Part shown: in pieces, positions 37,781 to 50,632 of the stretch
Numbering within the stretch: the stretch's first letter is position 1
Layout of the letters: the number at the start of each line of letters is the position of its first letter
Assembly (NCBI GenBank): GCA_964036045.1
Contig: OZ038378.1
Location: 173,104,001-173,168,000 of the forward strand
DNA from: Eutreptiella sp. 'Long Island Sound 2002'
Lineage: Eukaryota > Protista > Euglenida
Length of the DNA stretch: 64,000 nucleotides
Reading direction: 5' to 3'
Notes under the pieces: generated by a model
Databases searched by the model: none
What the model saw: only the letters and a program-made list of their open reading frames with translations
What the model was told of the DNA's origin: nothing
Translations under genes and position numbers: made by a program

Positions 37781-38830
37781 TCAGTAGCGGATGTGGTGGT
37801 GGGCAGACTGGTTCAGCGCGGCCAGCGCGTGCGCGCCGCCGTGGCCCACGGCGTTGAAGCGCAGGTCGAGCTTGAGGGTCTGCAGCGAGGCCTTGGCCAC
37901 GGCCGCGAGGGCCTTCGCGCCCCGCTCCTCAATCATGTTGCCCCACAGCTTCAGCGAGAGGGTCTGCAGCGACGGGGCGGCCTGCAGCGCCGCGAGGCAC
38001 TGCGCCCCGGTGTCCCCCACGGCGTTCCCCCCCAAATTGAGGACGAGGGACCGGAGGGTCGGCGCGTCCTTGAGCCTCGCGAGCGCCTGCGCCCCGGTGA
38101 CCCCGACCGAGTTCAGCCGCAGGTCGAGGGTCAGGGTGTGCAGCGCGGGGGCGTCCCTCAGCGTGGCCAGCGCCTGCGCGCCGCTGCACCCGACGGCGTT
38201 GGAGTGCAGGTCGAGGTGGAGGGTGTGCAGGGCGGGCGCGTCCCGCAGCGCGGCGAGGGCCTGGGCGCCCCGGTTGCCCACCGCGTTGCCCCACAGCTCC
38301 AGGGTCAGGGTGCGCAGGGCCGGGGCGTCCTTCAGCTGCGCCAGGGCCGCGGCGCCGCTGTCCCCCACGGCGCAGCCCCAGAGGTCGAGGCTGAGGGTGC
38401 GGAGCCCGCCGGCGTCCTTGAGGGCCGCCAGCGCGCCGGCGCCGTCGGTGCCCAGCGCGTTGCGGCCCAAGTTGAGGGTCAGGGTGTGCAGCGAGGGCGC
38501 GGTCCGGATGGCCGCCATGGCCCGCGCGCTGCCGACCGTGACGTCTGCGGCCATGTTGCTGAGGGTCAGCGTATGCAGAAAGGGGGCGTGTTGGAGCGCA
38601 TCGATGGCGCCCGTCGGGTCCCACGGGCCCTTCACCTTCACCTGCAGCGCCCGCACATTGCGTGCGAGGGGCCGCACTCGCTGTGTTACGCAGTGGGAGT
38701 CGCAGTTCAGTTTCACGTACCGGCTGCTCCCGAGGAGATCCCACAGTCTGCGGCAGACGTGGGCCAGGGAATCCGATTGCACTGAATCAGCGATGATGTC
38801 CCACAACTCGGACGGCAGCTGTAAAGCCAT
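37781..38830 (-). CDS. Leucine-rich-repeat protein (28-aa RI-like repeats) with F-box-like N-terminus, 349 aa
   Basis: MALQLPSELWDIIA...LAHVCRRLWDLL, then about 8-9 repeats of APxLxTLxLxLxxNxVGxxGAxALAxLxx. CGCAG|GTCTGCCATG acceptor 7 nt upstream. GC-rich codon usage, intronless. The ORF-track extension upstream runs through a microsatellite. Confidence 0.88.
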   Translation of the reverse strand: MALQLPSELWDIIADSVQSDSLAHVCRRLWDLLGSSRYVKLNCDSHCVTQRVRPLARNVRALQVKVKGPWDPTGAIDALQHAPFLHTLTLSNMAADVTVGSARAMAAIRTAPSLHTLTLNLGRNALGTDGAGALAALKDAGGLRTLSLDLWGCAVGDSGAAALAQLKDAPALRTLTLELWGNAVGNRGAQALAALRDAPALHTLHLDLHSNAVGCSGAQALATLRDAPALHTLTLDLRLNSVGVTGAQALARLKDAPTLRSLVLNLGGNAVGDTGAQCLAALQAAPSLQTLSLKLWGNMIEERGAKALAAVAKASLQTLKLDLRFNAVGHGGAHALAALNQSAHHHIRY

Positions 38831-38961
38831 GGCAGACCTGCGGAGAGAGTTTCCACAAAGCAAGCAACCAGCAGGCTGCGGTGGTAATAAACACTCTCTG
38901 CCGCACGATACTGCAGCCAAAGAAGAGGGTCCCTGGCGTGGCGTGACCTGTTGCAGGGTGC

Positions 38962-39180
38962 TGTGTTGTGTTGTGTTGTGTTGTGTTGTGTTGTGTTGTG
39001 TTGTGTTGTGTTGTGTTGTGTTGTGTTGTGTTGTGTTGTGTTGTGTTGTGTTGTGTTGTGCTGTGTTGTGTTGTGTTGTGTTGTGTTGTGTTGTGTTGTG
39101 TTGTGTTGTGTTGTGTTGTGTTGTGTTGTGTTGTGTTGTGTTGTGTTGTGTTGTGTTGTGTTGTGTTGTGTTGTGTTGTG
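38962..39180. repeat. (TGTTG)n microsatellite, about 43 units
   Basis: Directly visible, one interruption at 39061. Confidence 0.98.
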
Positions 39181-39499
39181 GGGTGGGGTGGGGTGCCGTG
39201 CCATGCAGTGCAGTGGTGTGTGCATGGTGCGGCAGTGCTGCGGAGTGCGGTGCGGAGCGTGGCGGGGCAGGACGTTGTCGAGTGTGTCTGAACATGAATG
39301 TGCCAAAAACTACCAATTGAGACATCAAAAGATGAGGAAAACAATTGAGATGAAAAAGATCCGTTGTTGGAAAGATTTTCCCCAAGGCCCAGAGAGAAAG
39401 GGGCTGAACAGTGCACCAAGTGGAGCAGAGGTCAACAACAAAAGGTAAGATTGCCTGGTCAATGAGCGATGGGGACTTGACAACAAGAGCAGCAACAAG

Positions 39500-40790
39500 A
39501 GTGGGGAGTCCCTCTCACGAATCCAGACTTCTACACAGGAACAAGAGCATATACCGATAACACACGGTGGGAACACAAGGGCGCCCAGTCTGGAGGTGGC
39601 ATCCATTTGCTTCCCTGCGAAAGAGAACGGCTGCACTTTCCTATTGGACATAGACGAGGACCCAAACCGGACCTTTCCACTACAACTCCATTGTAACCAG
39701 AGGAAAACTTGTTTTCAGCCCCTTTGGTGCTGTGGACTTTTGGGGCAAGTGACCCCCTGGGAGCTGTGCAAGGGGTGGAGGCGGGGACTTAGGGGAAGTT
39801 CTTGCACTGCGTGCGCACTGCGTGCATACTGCGCACACAGAGGCTGAGATGGGGAGGGTCCGTTTTCCAAAGTTACAATCCAATCTTTGGTGTGACCTCT
39901 TGACCGTCCAGTGGCCAAAATAAGCACTCTGTGGGTGATTTTGAGACATGTAGTGTGGAGACTCTTGTGCACAGGACCGAATGCATTTTGCACCATTCTC
40001 TGCTTAATAGAGCCCTTAGTAGATGGACATAGACATAGACATCCAAAACTTCGCACTGCGTGCACGACATTGCCTTAGCACGCAAAAGCTGGACCAACGC
40101 CTGAACTTTGTGAGCCCTATTTCATCAAAAGAGAAAAGAGACAGATTGCTGGTCTATCAGAGATGATAGATCAATCCACGTTTTGCCCTCACCTAACTCC
40201 ATTAGAAATACCTTATGATTAAGTATTGTATCACTAGCGTGTAAACAGGTCAACTGGAGAATAAAGATGCACCTACTACATACTGTGAGTACATAGTCTC
40301 AATTCTGTTGGTTCACATCAATTCATGCTGGCATACCCAGTATTTGCGTATTCACCCCGCAGCGCGCCGTACGGCCTACTAGAAACATATGAATGCCGAC
40401 CTCACAGACAACCATACACACAACAGTACTTACTAGGCACGACAGACGTGGGCACAAGTGTATCTATGCAACAAGTGACCAGGTGAAACATAGTCAGCAA
40501 TGGTATGGTTGATACCCCTTGAACCGCTGGAAGATGTGTACAGAACAAGAGTGGGGGGTCCCTCTTACAAATCTAGACTTCTACACGAGGACATGAGCTT
40601 GTACCTACAAGACACAACAAGAACACAAAGGGACCCAGTCTCGAGCTGTGATCCGCTTCCTTACACAGGAAAGAGAACTACGGTGCCTACCTTCACTCTC
40701 TTCCAAAACCGCTGTACTTACCAGTGCACCATAGCATGCATTTGCAGGACCGAGGCTTGAACTCTGTGAGCCCTGTTTCATAAGAAAAAT
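39500..40790. repeat. Diverged direct duplication (39500-39640 vs 40550-40690; 40085-40130 vs 40745-40790)
   Basis: GAGTGGGG.GTCCCTCT.AC.AATC.AGACTTCTACAC and TGAACT.TGTGAGCCCT.TTTCAT anchors. Confidence 0.65.
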
Positions 40791-43700
40791 AATCACCCCC
40801 CTGTGGCCACCCATGCACCCTACTTTGATTAATTGACCCCTAATTAGCTGTGCTCAGTGGCTTCTTTTTTTTGCTTCTAGGAGACAAATCCTGCAGGATG
40901 CTAAGGTGATTGCCTTCGTGCTGTGGTGCCTAATACATTTTGTTTCAAACACCAGAATCATATAGTACCATATAAGGCAGGCCGATGGATCGCAGAGGGG
41001 GGGATAAAGTACCTTCTTCGAAAGAGAAAAATAGAGGATGCTTCCAGATATTCAGCAACGCCCCGTGAAGGAGGCCAGACCATGTGATCCGGGACATTCG
41101 CGCATGTTAAAGCAGTTGTGTAAATACATCAAATTACTGAACGAATGGGGGGTTACAAAGAGTGGCACATCCTTCGGTCCAGCGGATGACAGGAAACCCC
41201 CATGCGCACGGTGCAAGGGGTTTCACAAGGCTGCCCATGTTTTACACGGTGGACAGATCCCAACAGAAAGGCGCTGAGCAGCAGCACAAACACAACCAAA
41301 AAAAAACGCTTGGAAATCACGAATTGGTCAGGTTTTGGGGGTTTGGGGGTCTGAAACAGTGTGCAAGTGCGCCCACGGTTCATGCAGAAAAGAAACGACT
41401 TACTGGGCTGCACAGTGGAGGTCTATCACTAGAGATTGTGCAGGGGAGGCAGGCAAAGGGAGGGGGCCTTTTGCACCCCTTCCCCCCAGGTCCTTGTGGT
41501 ATGGATTCCTGCTGGAAAGCAAGAAAGCAGTCGGTCGGGTCTCCCCAGGAAAAGGGGCAGCGATTCTTTTGGGACCGCCCACAATCAAAATATCTCCTGG
41601 TCCCCCGTGGGCACAGTTTCCATAGCCTTGGCCTTTTTTTTTGCCAAAGCTGTGGAGTGGGCAAACATCCTGCTGCGCCGAATCCTGGGGTATGAGGGTA
41701 GGGCCAATAAAATTTGATTGTAAAGAACAGGTGTGTGTACATTCCCATGGCTCATTGCCTGAAGAAAAAACTGCGTATCTCTTCTGCCGTTTTGCCTCAC
41801 AGAAATTTTTGCAGTCTCCCCAGTCTCAGTATTTTTTGGGGTGTTCAAAAAATGTTCGTTGGTGGTTTTGAGGGGAAGGGCCATACTTCTGGCGCCGAAG
41901 GTGCTGAGAAATTTTTTTCCTTGTATTTCGCTTGTGTTGGTCAGTCGGTGAGTGGGTGTGGGCCTCTTAAGCTGAGCCCCCCCCCCCCCCGTGGGGGTAG
42001 GTCAAGTGCTGTGGGTGCCTCACACATATTGTTTCTTGGAATTATCCAAGTACACGATACACTGCACCCCAATCTCCATCTCACCCAATACCCACCTGAT
42101 TTGCGACAACAACAGCAGGACGCACGAGTTGCCTATAAAACTCGGATTTTGTGCATCGGTATTACTCCGACTTGAATGGTTTCGATGGGAACCGGGGTGT
42201 TGAAGCATGAAGGGGGCAGGCAAGGCTTTGCTTGAGCAGGGGGGCGAGGGTTGTCAGGAAACCCCTGTCGGAATGTACCACAGGTGTAGGAAGCAGCAAA
42301 ATTGTTGGGCACCGACCCAATCAGCATACGGATGTATCCAGACAGAAAACAAACCACAATCATCATGCCAATTCAAAAGTCTCCTTACCTGTCCAATGCA
42401 AAACGCACAAAGAGGGAGGAACACTGATTACGCTTCGTGCTGCAGTGATTCCTTTGATCTTGTTGACTGAATCAGAGCTTGACCCACAATCACCACTCTC
42501 CTCAGAGCTGGGCATGGAGCTCGCATAATTGGATGAGATTGATGAATCAGCACCACAATTTGAGACATCAAACAAATTCAATTCAATCTGTGTGTCATTG
42601 TATGCCTCTTGTCGCTTTGTACCTTTGAGTATATCTTTCGATGAGAATGAAAATATTGACGGTCTGCGTGTGGTGGTGGTGGCGATTCCACTGGGGAGCT
42701 GAATTGTGACCGGGAGACACTGGGACATTGCATCTGTAACAGAAATTGTATTGGATAAATGTTGATCACAACACACCCCTCCTCAACGGGCGCCAAAGGC
42801 TCCAAGGAAAACTTTTTTTTGTCCCACTGAGAACTTCCCAAAAACCATGCCTTCAGCTGACCTAGAGTGAAAGTGGGAGGTGGAAGCAAAGCAGAGCCCT
42901 GCCGGGGGGGGGGGGGGGGTCACACAGAAAGCAGTTGAGGCAGCACAAAAAAACGACCAAGACAACAGCCATCAGCGATCGCTCCAAACAAATCCAGTCA
43001 GTTGACAGAGGGTCTGCATAGTTGTGAATGACAAGTCCTGCTGACTAGAGAACATGAGAACATGAGAATTGTGCCCTGCTACGGAAGGCACAGCAAATGG
43101 CAAGCATAGATTGCCAGCCTGACCACATGCATCTGTGGTTCCACCCAATCTGTGCTTTTAGCAACACGTCGCCATTAATCCACTATACCTCCTAGAATTG
43201 CAGTCTGGTTAACAGTGGAAGGAAATCAGAGCAGTGAACACCGGGCAGGGGAAACGCAAGTCAAGTGAAGCTGGCTTGGTGCAAAGGGGGGGGGGGAGGA
43301 TAGGGGTCCATACAATGTGGTAGGACAAATGCGAGAGAGGGAAAGCTGTCAAATTAGCTGTGGAGATTGTGGTGTGGTCGTCACATTTCGAAATCCAGTG
43401 TACCGTGTCTTTGGGAAAATGCCAGTGGCAGAACCTTGCACTTTGTGGCACCATGATTGTGCTGGAGGATTGCACACCTCCGCCACCAATACACTCACCA
43501 ATACACTGCCCAGAAATGGCTGCAAGGCGGTGGTGCACTAACATATGGAAATATATGGAACAACTTAGGAATACATAAGACACAAGGATATGCACACGGA
43601 CATGCACATGCCATGCAGCCCTGGTGCCTCAATGTGCTGCAGCCATATGTTTCTGCACCCTCCCTTGACCAGCGCATCACTCGGATGCCCTTGGCCTCCC

Positions 43701-43902
43701 TCAGCATCATTCCATTCCGAACATTTTCACCCAAACATTCCGCGGCACTCTGATCTCCCATACTCAGCAGCATGGTTCTCAGCACCATCTGGTTTACTTC
43801 TCCATGCAGAACCCTGGTCCCTGAGCCTAAGCCACTGCCCAGGTGGACCCGTCCTGCCCCTGACCATGTGCGGGAGTAATGATAGTATACACCTGGATGC
43901 AT

Positions 43903-43952
43903 CCAGCCCCAGCCCCAGCCCCAGCCCCAGCCCTAGCCCCAGCCCCAGCCCC
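43903..43952. repeat. (CCAGCC)n / (GGGGCT)n hexamer tract, about 8 units
   Basis: Directly visible. Confidence 0.95.
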
Positions 43953-45820
43953 AATCTGTGCCAGAGCCCTACCCCTGCACACCAGACCCCCATGGTGAGC
44001 AGTATCGTACACATCCCCATAAACTCCTTTAATGTGTAACGCCCTGATGCACAAGCAATGGGGCAGCAACCTGCAACCCGTGGCAAGGGGTTGCGGGGGA
44101 TGCACTCCTACTGCAGCACTAGAACGAAGCCCAGGCAGTGGCAGGGGCAACTTGGACTTGCTTTGAGGGAGCCTCATGCACCGAAACCCACACAACACGG
44201 GATTGACGTGGTCCATGGGATCCAGCTTTCTGGACTGGGGCTGTGAACACCAGGATATCCTGGCTGCAAAGTGACGGCATACAGCACCCCCAAGGACAGC
44301 TTTCGGCTTGACAACACACTGCAGCGCACCGCGCAGGCATTGGTGGCCATTGAGGCATCCATGAGGGAAGACAGAATACAAAAAAATCGCTTTCGAGAGT
44401 TTCAAATTTCAGCTGTTGAGGCCGAAAACTGCCTGAGCACTAGACCTGGCCCATAGAAGCCAGCGACGTCTGGGCAAGGTGCGCAAGTGTGGACCCGGGC
44501 ATGCCTTTGCGCCACACCACCCACGAAGCGACCCGCCAGAAACACCCATGCCAGGCCGTCAGTCTAGCGCCTAGAGCTGACGGCTGCGCACCCGCTTTAA
44601 CGTACCCTGGTGCGACCAATAACCAACACTATGTGCGGTTGGGTGGCCTAACTTTGCGCCACCCCAGCCCCCGCCCACTAAAGTGGGGCCTCGGCAGGTC
44701 ACCTCATACCACCGACGTGCCATGCTGCACGCCACTGTACACACCACCCTACATGCCCTCGAACATGCCAGCAACCAGCCAATTCACACGCTCAGCGCAT
44801 GTAAACCCGCCCCCCGCCCCCCACATCCAGCCCCACTCCCCGCACATCTGTGAATCCAGGACCACAGAAGAAGCAGCTGAAAAAACGTTCCGCTTGGGTT
44901 CAAGAACTTGCAATCATATTCCACCGGGCATGCCTTGAATTTGTCGTGATCCATCCGCATCCCCAGACGTTGCCACAACCCCAGCCTCCATTGGTTCATC
45001 TGGTGAGAGAGCTGTCATGCTCTCTCAGCACAAGAGCTGCAGCCATATCATGCAGGGTCGCCTGGGCAGGCCGGGAAAGCATAACCACAGCCAAATCGAC
45101 GTGCATCACCGTGTATGGGCTAGAACTCGGTGAGGCAAGCACCATGCAGCATGGCGCCACCTCACCGCAGGCTGACCCTCTGGGCGCCGTCTGCTGGGCA
45201 ATTGGGGCAGGGCTCACAGATTGATGTTCGTGGGACACAAAGTGGGTGCGTGCGACTGCTACCGCGGGAGACGCAGAAAGGCCACCCATCGGCGAACTTA
45301 TATAATCAGCAGAGCCCTTCTGTTGCGGGATGCGGGACAGAGGGCACCTTCACCTCCGTAGTGTCCCTGGTGTGTGGCACTCGGAGGGGAGGGGATGGCA
45401 CAAGTGCAAAGGAGGCAGGCATGGATTGGCAGGCCACACACTTGAGGCGGCGGTGGTTCATGGAAAGCATCCAGCAAGACTGGCTACTAGTATTGCATGT
45501 GACTGCAGTGAGCATGAGCCACACTCCGGCCCCTCAGGGCTTCGCCTCCCCTGAGCATAACCTCCTTGCAATGCCGGTCAGGTGCCGCGCTGTGGCACAT
45601 CCCCTGCTGTGCCCCCATGAGGGGTGTTGGTATGAGTGGCCCCACCCTCCGCATCAGCCGCGCCCAAAGTTGGTCCTGGGTGTGCTTTCAGACACAGGCC
45701 ACGCCCCAAGCGAAACACGGGGTGGCAAAATGTCAAAGGATCCAGCAACAAAAAGTGGCCCCGTCGCAAGGCGCTACACAAATCCCATGGCAAACACGCC
45801 CACGATGGGCCTATGCATCT

Positions 45821-45925
45821 CTAAATGATTAGCTTCGCCAGGTCCTGCGTCTTGAGCATGTCAGCGACACGCTCCTGAACCAGGTCCTTAGTGATGGTAA
45901 TGGTCTCGCCAGCATGGTCCGGGGC
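45821..45925 (-). CDS. hslU: hslU exon 5 (terminal)
   Basis: CCCCAG|GCC acceptor; APDHAGETITITKDLVQERVADMLKTQDLAKLII*. Confidence 0.88.
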   Translation of the reverse strand, partial: APDHAGETITITKDLVQERVADMLKTQDLAKLII

Positions 45926-46217
45926 CTGGGGAAGGAGACACAAAGGGACATATATGCGGCTTGCGCTGCAGCAACCTTCGGCTACCCTGAACGACCCTCC
46001 GCAGGCCTTGACAGCCCCTGACTCCAACAATCCTCAACAACAGACCCTTATCGTCCCCGAATCCACGCCTCTCATTGACCTCCACTAGCTCTCACAAAGC
46101 TCAACAGTAGCAGTCCTCAACAGCCCTCAACAACCCTCGTCGAACCCAACTCCCCGACAACCCTCAACAACCCGAGCAATCCTCATCAAGAGCCCCGCAC
46201 ACCGCAACGCGCAGTAC

Positions 46218-46445
46218 CTGGAAGGCAATGTCCTCCAGCACACGCTCCACGATGGTGATCAAGCGGCGCGCCCCGATGTTCTGCACGGTGGCATTGGCCT
46301 GAAAGGCAACCTCTGCGATCTCCTGCACCGCCTCGTCCTGCACGTCCAGCGTCACGTCCTCGGTGCGGAGCAGTTCCTTGTTCTGATAGATCAGGTTGGC
46401 ATGCGGCTCCGTGAGGATGCGGTAGAAGTCCTCACGGGTGAGGGC
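46218..46445 (-). CDS. hslU: hslU exon 4
   Basis: TCCAG|GCC ... CAG|GTACTG; ALTREDFYRILTEP...NIGARRLITIVERVLEDIAFQ. Confidence 0.93.
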
Positions 46446-46570
46446 CTGGAGTAGAGTGCATTCGTGTAGACAGGCGGGCAAGCGCACGGCGCCACTCAAC
46501 GAAAAAACAAAGGCTGCGGCCGCGGCAGGCACAGACAGATTGAGGCAACGACTGCTTGACAAATATAGTA

Positions 46571-47171
46571 CCCCCCCCCCTTGCACAAGCACGGCCGCGG
46601 TCCTAAAAGTCAGGTCAAAACGGCGGTTCAACGCCCACCCTGTGCTGAGACAAGGCCAAGCATGCGCGCGACGCACGTGACAGCAAAGCACGCGCGGGCC
46701 TCGAACCTTACACAAAGCATGGTACAATGCACAAGCAACTCTGGAACTGCGAATGGGGAAGAGCACTTTATCAAAAGCGGCATTGTGCTCAATCTCCTTC
46801 CCATTCCGCATGTACTTCAATGGATGTAGTTGTCCCCATGACGAGAGGGACCAAAATAGTGGCAGGCACATGTTCCCCAGTGCTCCGAACGTACGTGACA
46901 GCCGTGCCGGGAATAACATTGTTAGCCATGGCTGAAAATCACATCAGAACAAACAGCATGGGGTTCCAATATGTGGTACAATGTTGTTATGAACATAATG
47001 CACTATCACAAACATAGTGAGCCCCCCTTTCCCTGTACAGGCGCTCTACAAACACCCAATCCTTCATTCTGGACCACAAAAACAGCGGTCCCAAAAATTT
47101 CCTCAAAATGGCAGTTCAACGCCCACCCCTTGCTTAGACAAGGCCGTGCATGCGCAAGGGGGGGGGGGGGG
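46571..47171. mobile_element. MITE (poly-C-TTGC.CAAGCACGG family) in hslU intron 3
   Basis: TA|C10-TTGCACAAGCACGG ... CCGTGCATGCGCAAG-G-run. Both ends and subterminal regions are homologous to 50281-50632. Confidence 0.75.
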
Positions 47172-47654
47172 TTTGGCACAAGGCCTTGGTGGTTGGCTCT
47201 GTTAGCCTGTGGCGGCGCCTATTGGCCTCTCGCCTTTGAGCCTTCTGCGATGACAAGCAGGCATCCGTACTACCGCGGGCATCCGCACTGCCGCAGGCAT
47301 CCACCTTCCTGGGTGGGAATCCAGAATGCAACTTCTGCCCATGGCGTCCTCCCCTGACGGCCTGATCAGTGCCTGGTATGAGGTCATCACGAAGACCCCA
47401 GGCTGGCATTAGCCTAGCCCCCCCACACATAAGGCCCATAAGGCCCTTTTATGGAATTTTTTGGGGAAAATTCCAAAAAAATTCCACAAAAGAATCCCAA
47501 AAGGTTCCAAAAAATTCCTAAAATGAGTCTGCCCTTCTGCTCCAAAACTGAAAAATTGAGGTGACCCCCCCCATCCCGAGGAAAGTGCAAGACGACGCAG
47601 GGGGGCGGGGTTGCAATAGCATTTGTTGTTACCCCATGTCCCTGTCCCCCCACC

Positions 47655-48047
47655 CAGGGCGGTCCCTAACGGGAAAAAAAAAAGTGTTCCGGAACCAGTT
47701 TTCCCAAAAAAGCCCGCGGGCACTCCATGTGCTCAACCATGGTTGGTGGCGGTTGGCGGTTGGCGGTTGGCGGCGGTTGGCGGTTGGCAGTTGGCAACTG
47801 GCGGTTGGTGGCGGTTGGTGGTGGTTGGCGGCGGTTGGTGGTTGGTGATTGGTGGTTGGTGGCGGTTGGCAGTGGTTGGCAGTTGGCGGTTGGTCACCGC
47901 TGGCGGTTGGCGGCGGTTGGTGGCTGGTGGTTGGTGGCGGTTGGTGGTTGGCGGTCGGTGGCGGTTGGCGGTTGGTGGTCCCTTGGGGCGGTCTCTAAGG
48001 GCGGTCCTTAGCAAAAAAAAAAATCTGGTCCCTTAAGGACCGCCCTG
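47655..48047. mobile_element. MITE with CAGGG termini and 7-bp target-site duplication, containing a GGTTGGC array
   Basis: TIR CAGGGCGGTCCCTAA / TTAAGGACCGCCCTG (14/15). CCCCACC at 47648-47654 and 48048-48054. Confidence 0.85.
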
Positions 48048-48626
48048 CCCCACCCACACACACGCCTCCGCGGCGGAAGAAACCCTGTGGGTCGAATCAT
48101 GCAGAAAAACGCCTCTCTTTCCGCCTATATCAGTGCAAAATCAGATTTCTAGCATTGAACACTAGGCAGGTCTTTGTGCATCCTGAAGGGCATGGCCCCT
48201 CCCCTCGTTCAACTCCAACCGCACTCCGGCAGTTCAAATTGGCTTCTACGAAGGTCAAGCAGCGGTCACGCCACGCCCGGGCCTCAGTACGCGTGTAGTG
48301 CTCATCGCTTGAAGAACCAACACGCAGGCTCTTGAACACCGCCGTGTCATCGCTGGGTGGGTGGTATGGCATTGTGGCCCAACACGGTCAGGCAGACACT
48401 TGGTCGCGCAAATGGACGGCAATCCGAAGGGGGTCAGAGGAAAATCCGAGGACCGTCAACAACCCGTCGGGCAACGACGGCATCCAGTTGCGGGCTGCCG
48501 CCCCCAACAGTCTTCAGCATCAAACCACCAGGAAACCACCGCCGATTGCGGACGCGCATGCCGCACTCACGCGCACGACTCCCGCACGGTTGGCCAGACC
48601 ACACAACGTGCGTCACAAGTCCAGAC

Positions 48627-48902
48627 CTGTAGGTTCACGCGCAGGGGAAGCCGCCCCTGCAGCTCCGCGATCATGTCCGAGGGCTTGACCAACTGGAAGG
48701 CCCCGCTGGCAATGAAGAGGATGTGATCGGTTTTGACGGACACGCCGCTCTTCAGGGTGACGGTGGTGCCCTCCACGAGGGGGAGCAGGTCCTGCTGCAC
48801 GCCCTCTCCGCTGACGCCCTTGCGGCTGCCGTCGGAGGGCTGGCAGATCTTGTCCACCTCGTCCAGGACGACGATGCCGTACTGCTCGCAGCAGCGGAGT
48901 GC
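48627..48902 (-). CDS. hslU: hslU exon 3
   Basis: CCCCAG|GCA ... CAG|GTCTGG; Walker [46 protein letters not shown]. Confidence 0.95.
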
Positions 48903-50280
48903 CTGGGGACAGGCGCGGACGATCCGCACGCGCCCAGTGCCATCCCTCCCCAGGTCAACCCTCGGACGGCCCGCCTGTCGGGCGACCGAATGTGGACCGC
49001 CACATGCGCTGGCGCACAGGCGCAGGAGACATCGCGGCAAAGCCCCGCTTGAGCTTGGCGGACCCCAGCCTGGGAGCTGTGTGGCCGCGCGTGCTGCGGG
49101 CGTGACGGCCGATCCCGCGTTGCAGTACGAGAAAAGAAGGAGATGGCCTCCAACGCCGATTACCGCGGCAGCGCGAGTGACAACCCCCCCACCATCACCA
49201 CCACCGCTCAGAAGACGAGCGTGGCCTTATACCCCATGTGGAGGGCAGTAGTCCCCACATGTCCAGCGGAGCCTGCTCCCCACAGCCTTCCCTGCCCACC
49301 GTCCGCTTTCAGCACCACCTCGTGGCCACTGAGCCAGCCCCACCCTTGTACTGTCTCCTGCACAGGCCCTCCCCTCCCGTCTGGCTATTCACTGGTCGCC
49401 GGCAACTTCAGGTGCTGCGGACTCTACCGCGTTGGCCGACAAGAGTGCCGCAGGGGGGTGTCGAGCCTGGCAGCTGTCATGGTACACGGACGGGGGGCGG
49501 GTGAACTGCGAGGTCACACGGCCCACAAAACAACACCACGGAGCACCACGGCAGGCAGCAGCACAAGCGCTGGGGAATAGCGAGCAAGTGCGACTGAGGC
49601 ATTTGCAACATGCGTGTGGCTTGTACGGGATGAAGGTACCGGCGTCCCCTTATCCCATTGTGGAACGCCCCCCGGACAACCTGTAGCACGGCTGTCGGCT
49701 CCACGCGCGACCGATTTGGGCCCTCTGATGGCCTGTCGACGGGTGCTGCTCATCACTTGTATTGAGGTGGGCGGTTTCGGCCTCTAAGCCTTGAGCATAC
49801 CTGAAGTTAGCGGCTGGTGATGCGGGCACTCGCCTATCCACATTGTGTTTTGTGTTTTTGGGCGCGTGTCTTCCATTGGGTTTTGGGGGGGGTCCATCTG
49901 CGTCCACTTGTGAAGTGCACCTCTGATCAATCCATTATTCTCCTGGTAAGACATGTCCGCCTGGAAGACAAACATGCGGGCGGTTCAACAAAACCGTCCA
50001 CCAAGAGCTTCAGGAACGGATTCACTGGGGGGCGCATGACTGTGGCACAATGGTCCATCGCAGTGGCAGAGGCGCCCAATGGCACCATCTTGCCTTCTTG
50101 CTTTCTCGCACCAACGCACAGGATCGACGTCCCACCCACAGCAAATCACACTGCTCACAGGCCCGGACGGCCGAGGACAAGCCAGACGATGCGCTCCGAT
50201 CTTATCTCCGGTCATCAGTGCCCCGCACTTGTACACCATTGCACAAAGCACGCTTAACACTCTTGGATTGGAAACCCTTA

Positions 50281-50632
50281 CCCCCCCCCCCTGGCGCAAG
50301 CACGGCCGCGGTCCCAAAAGTCGAGGCAAACCAGTGGTTCAACGCCCACCCTGTGCTTCGACAAGCCCGTGCTTGCGCGCAACACACACGACAGCAAAGC
50401 GTCACATCAAAACAAACCGCACGGGGGCGGCGATGCGGTACAAAGTTGTGATGAACAGAATGCACAACCACTGGCATGAATGAGCCCCTCTTTCCCTCTA
50501 CAAGTGCGTCACAAACGCCCAATCCTGCATTCAGGACCACAAACAGCGGTCCCAGAAATTCCCCAAAACAGCAGTTCAACGCCGAATCCCGTGCTTGGAC
50601 AAGCCCGTGCTTTGGGGGGGGGGGGGGGGGGG
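50281..50632. mobile_element. MITE of the same family in hslU intron 2
   Basis: TA|C11-TGGCGCAAGCACGGCCGCGGTCC ... CCCGTGCTTT-G-run. Shorter derivative of 46571-47171. Confidence 0.75.

Noticed and set aside
37791-39320. Long plus-strand ORFs over the LRR gene
   Set aside because: They are antisense shadows of a GC-rich coding sequence.
38713-39448. ORFs with HNTTQ / CCVVL repeats
   Set aside because: They are translations of the (TGTTG)n microsatellite.
42280-42780. Second PHD-like trace (LCAFC...WIH) after an S/D-rich stretch, minus strand
   Set aside because: Too few ligand residues are preserved to support a call.
44220-45300. Possible decayed non-LTR element C-terminus
   Set aside because: Only vague patterns across many stops; no diagnostic RT motif.
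47727-48036. Trp/Gly-rich ORFs (GGWRLAV repeats)
   Set aside because: They are translations of the GGTTGGC array inside a MITE.
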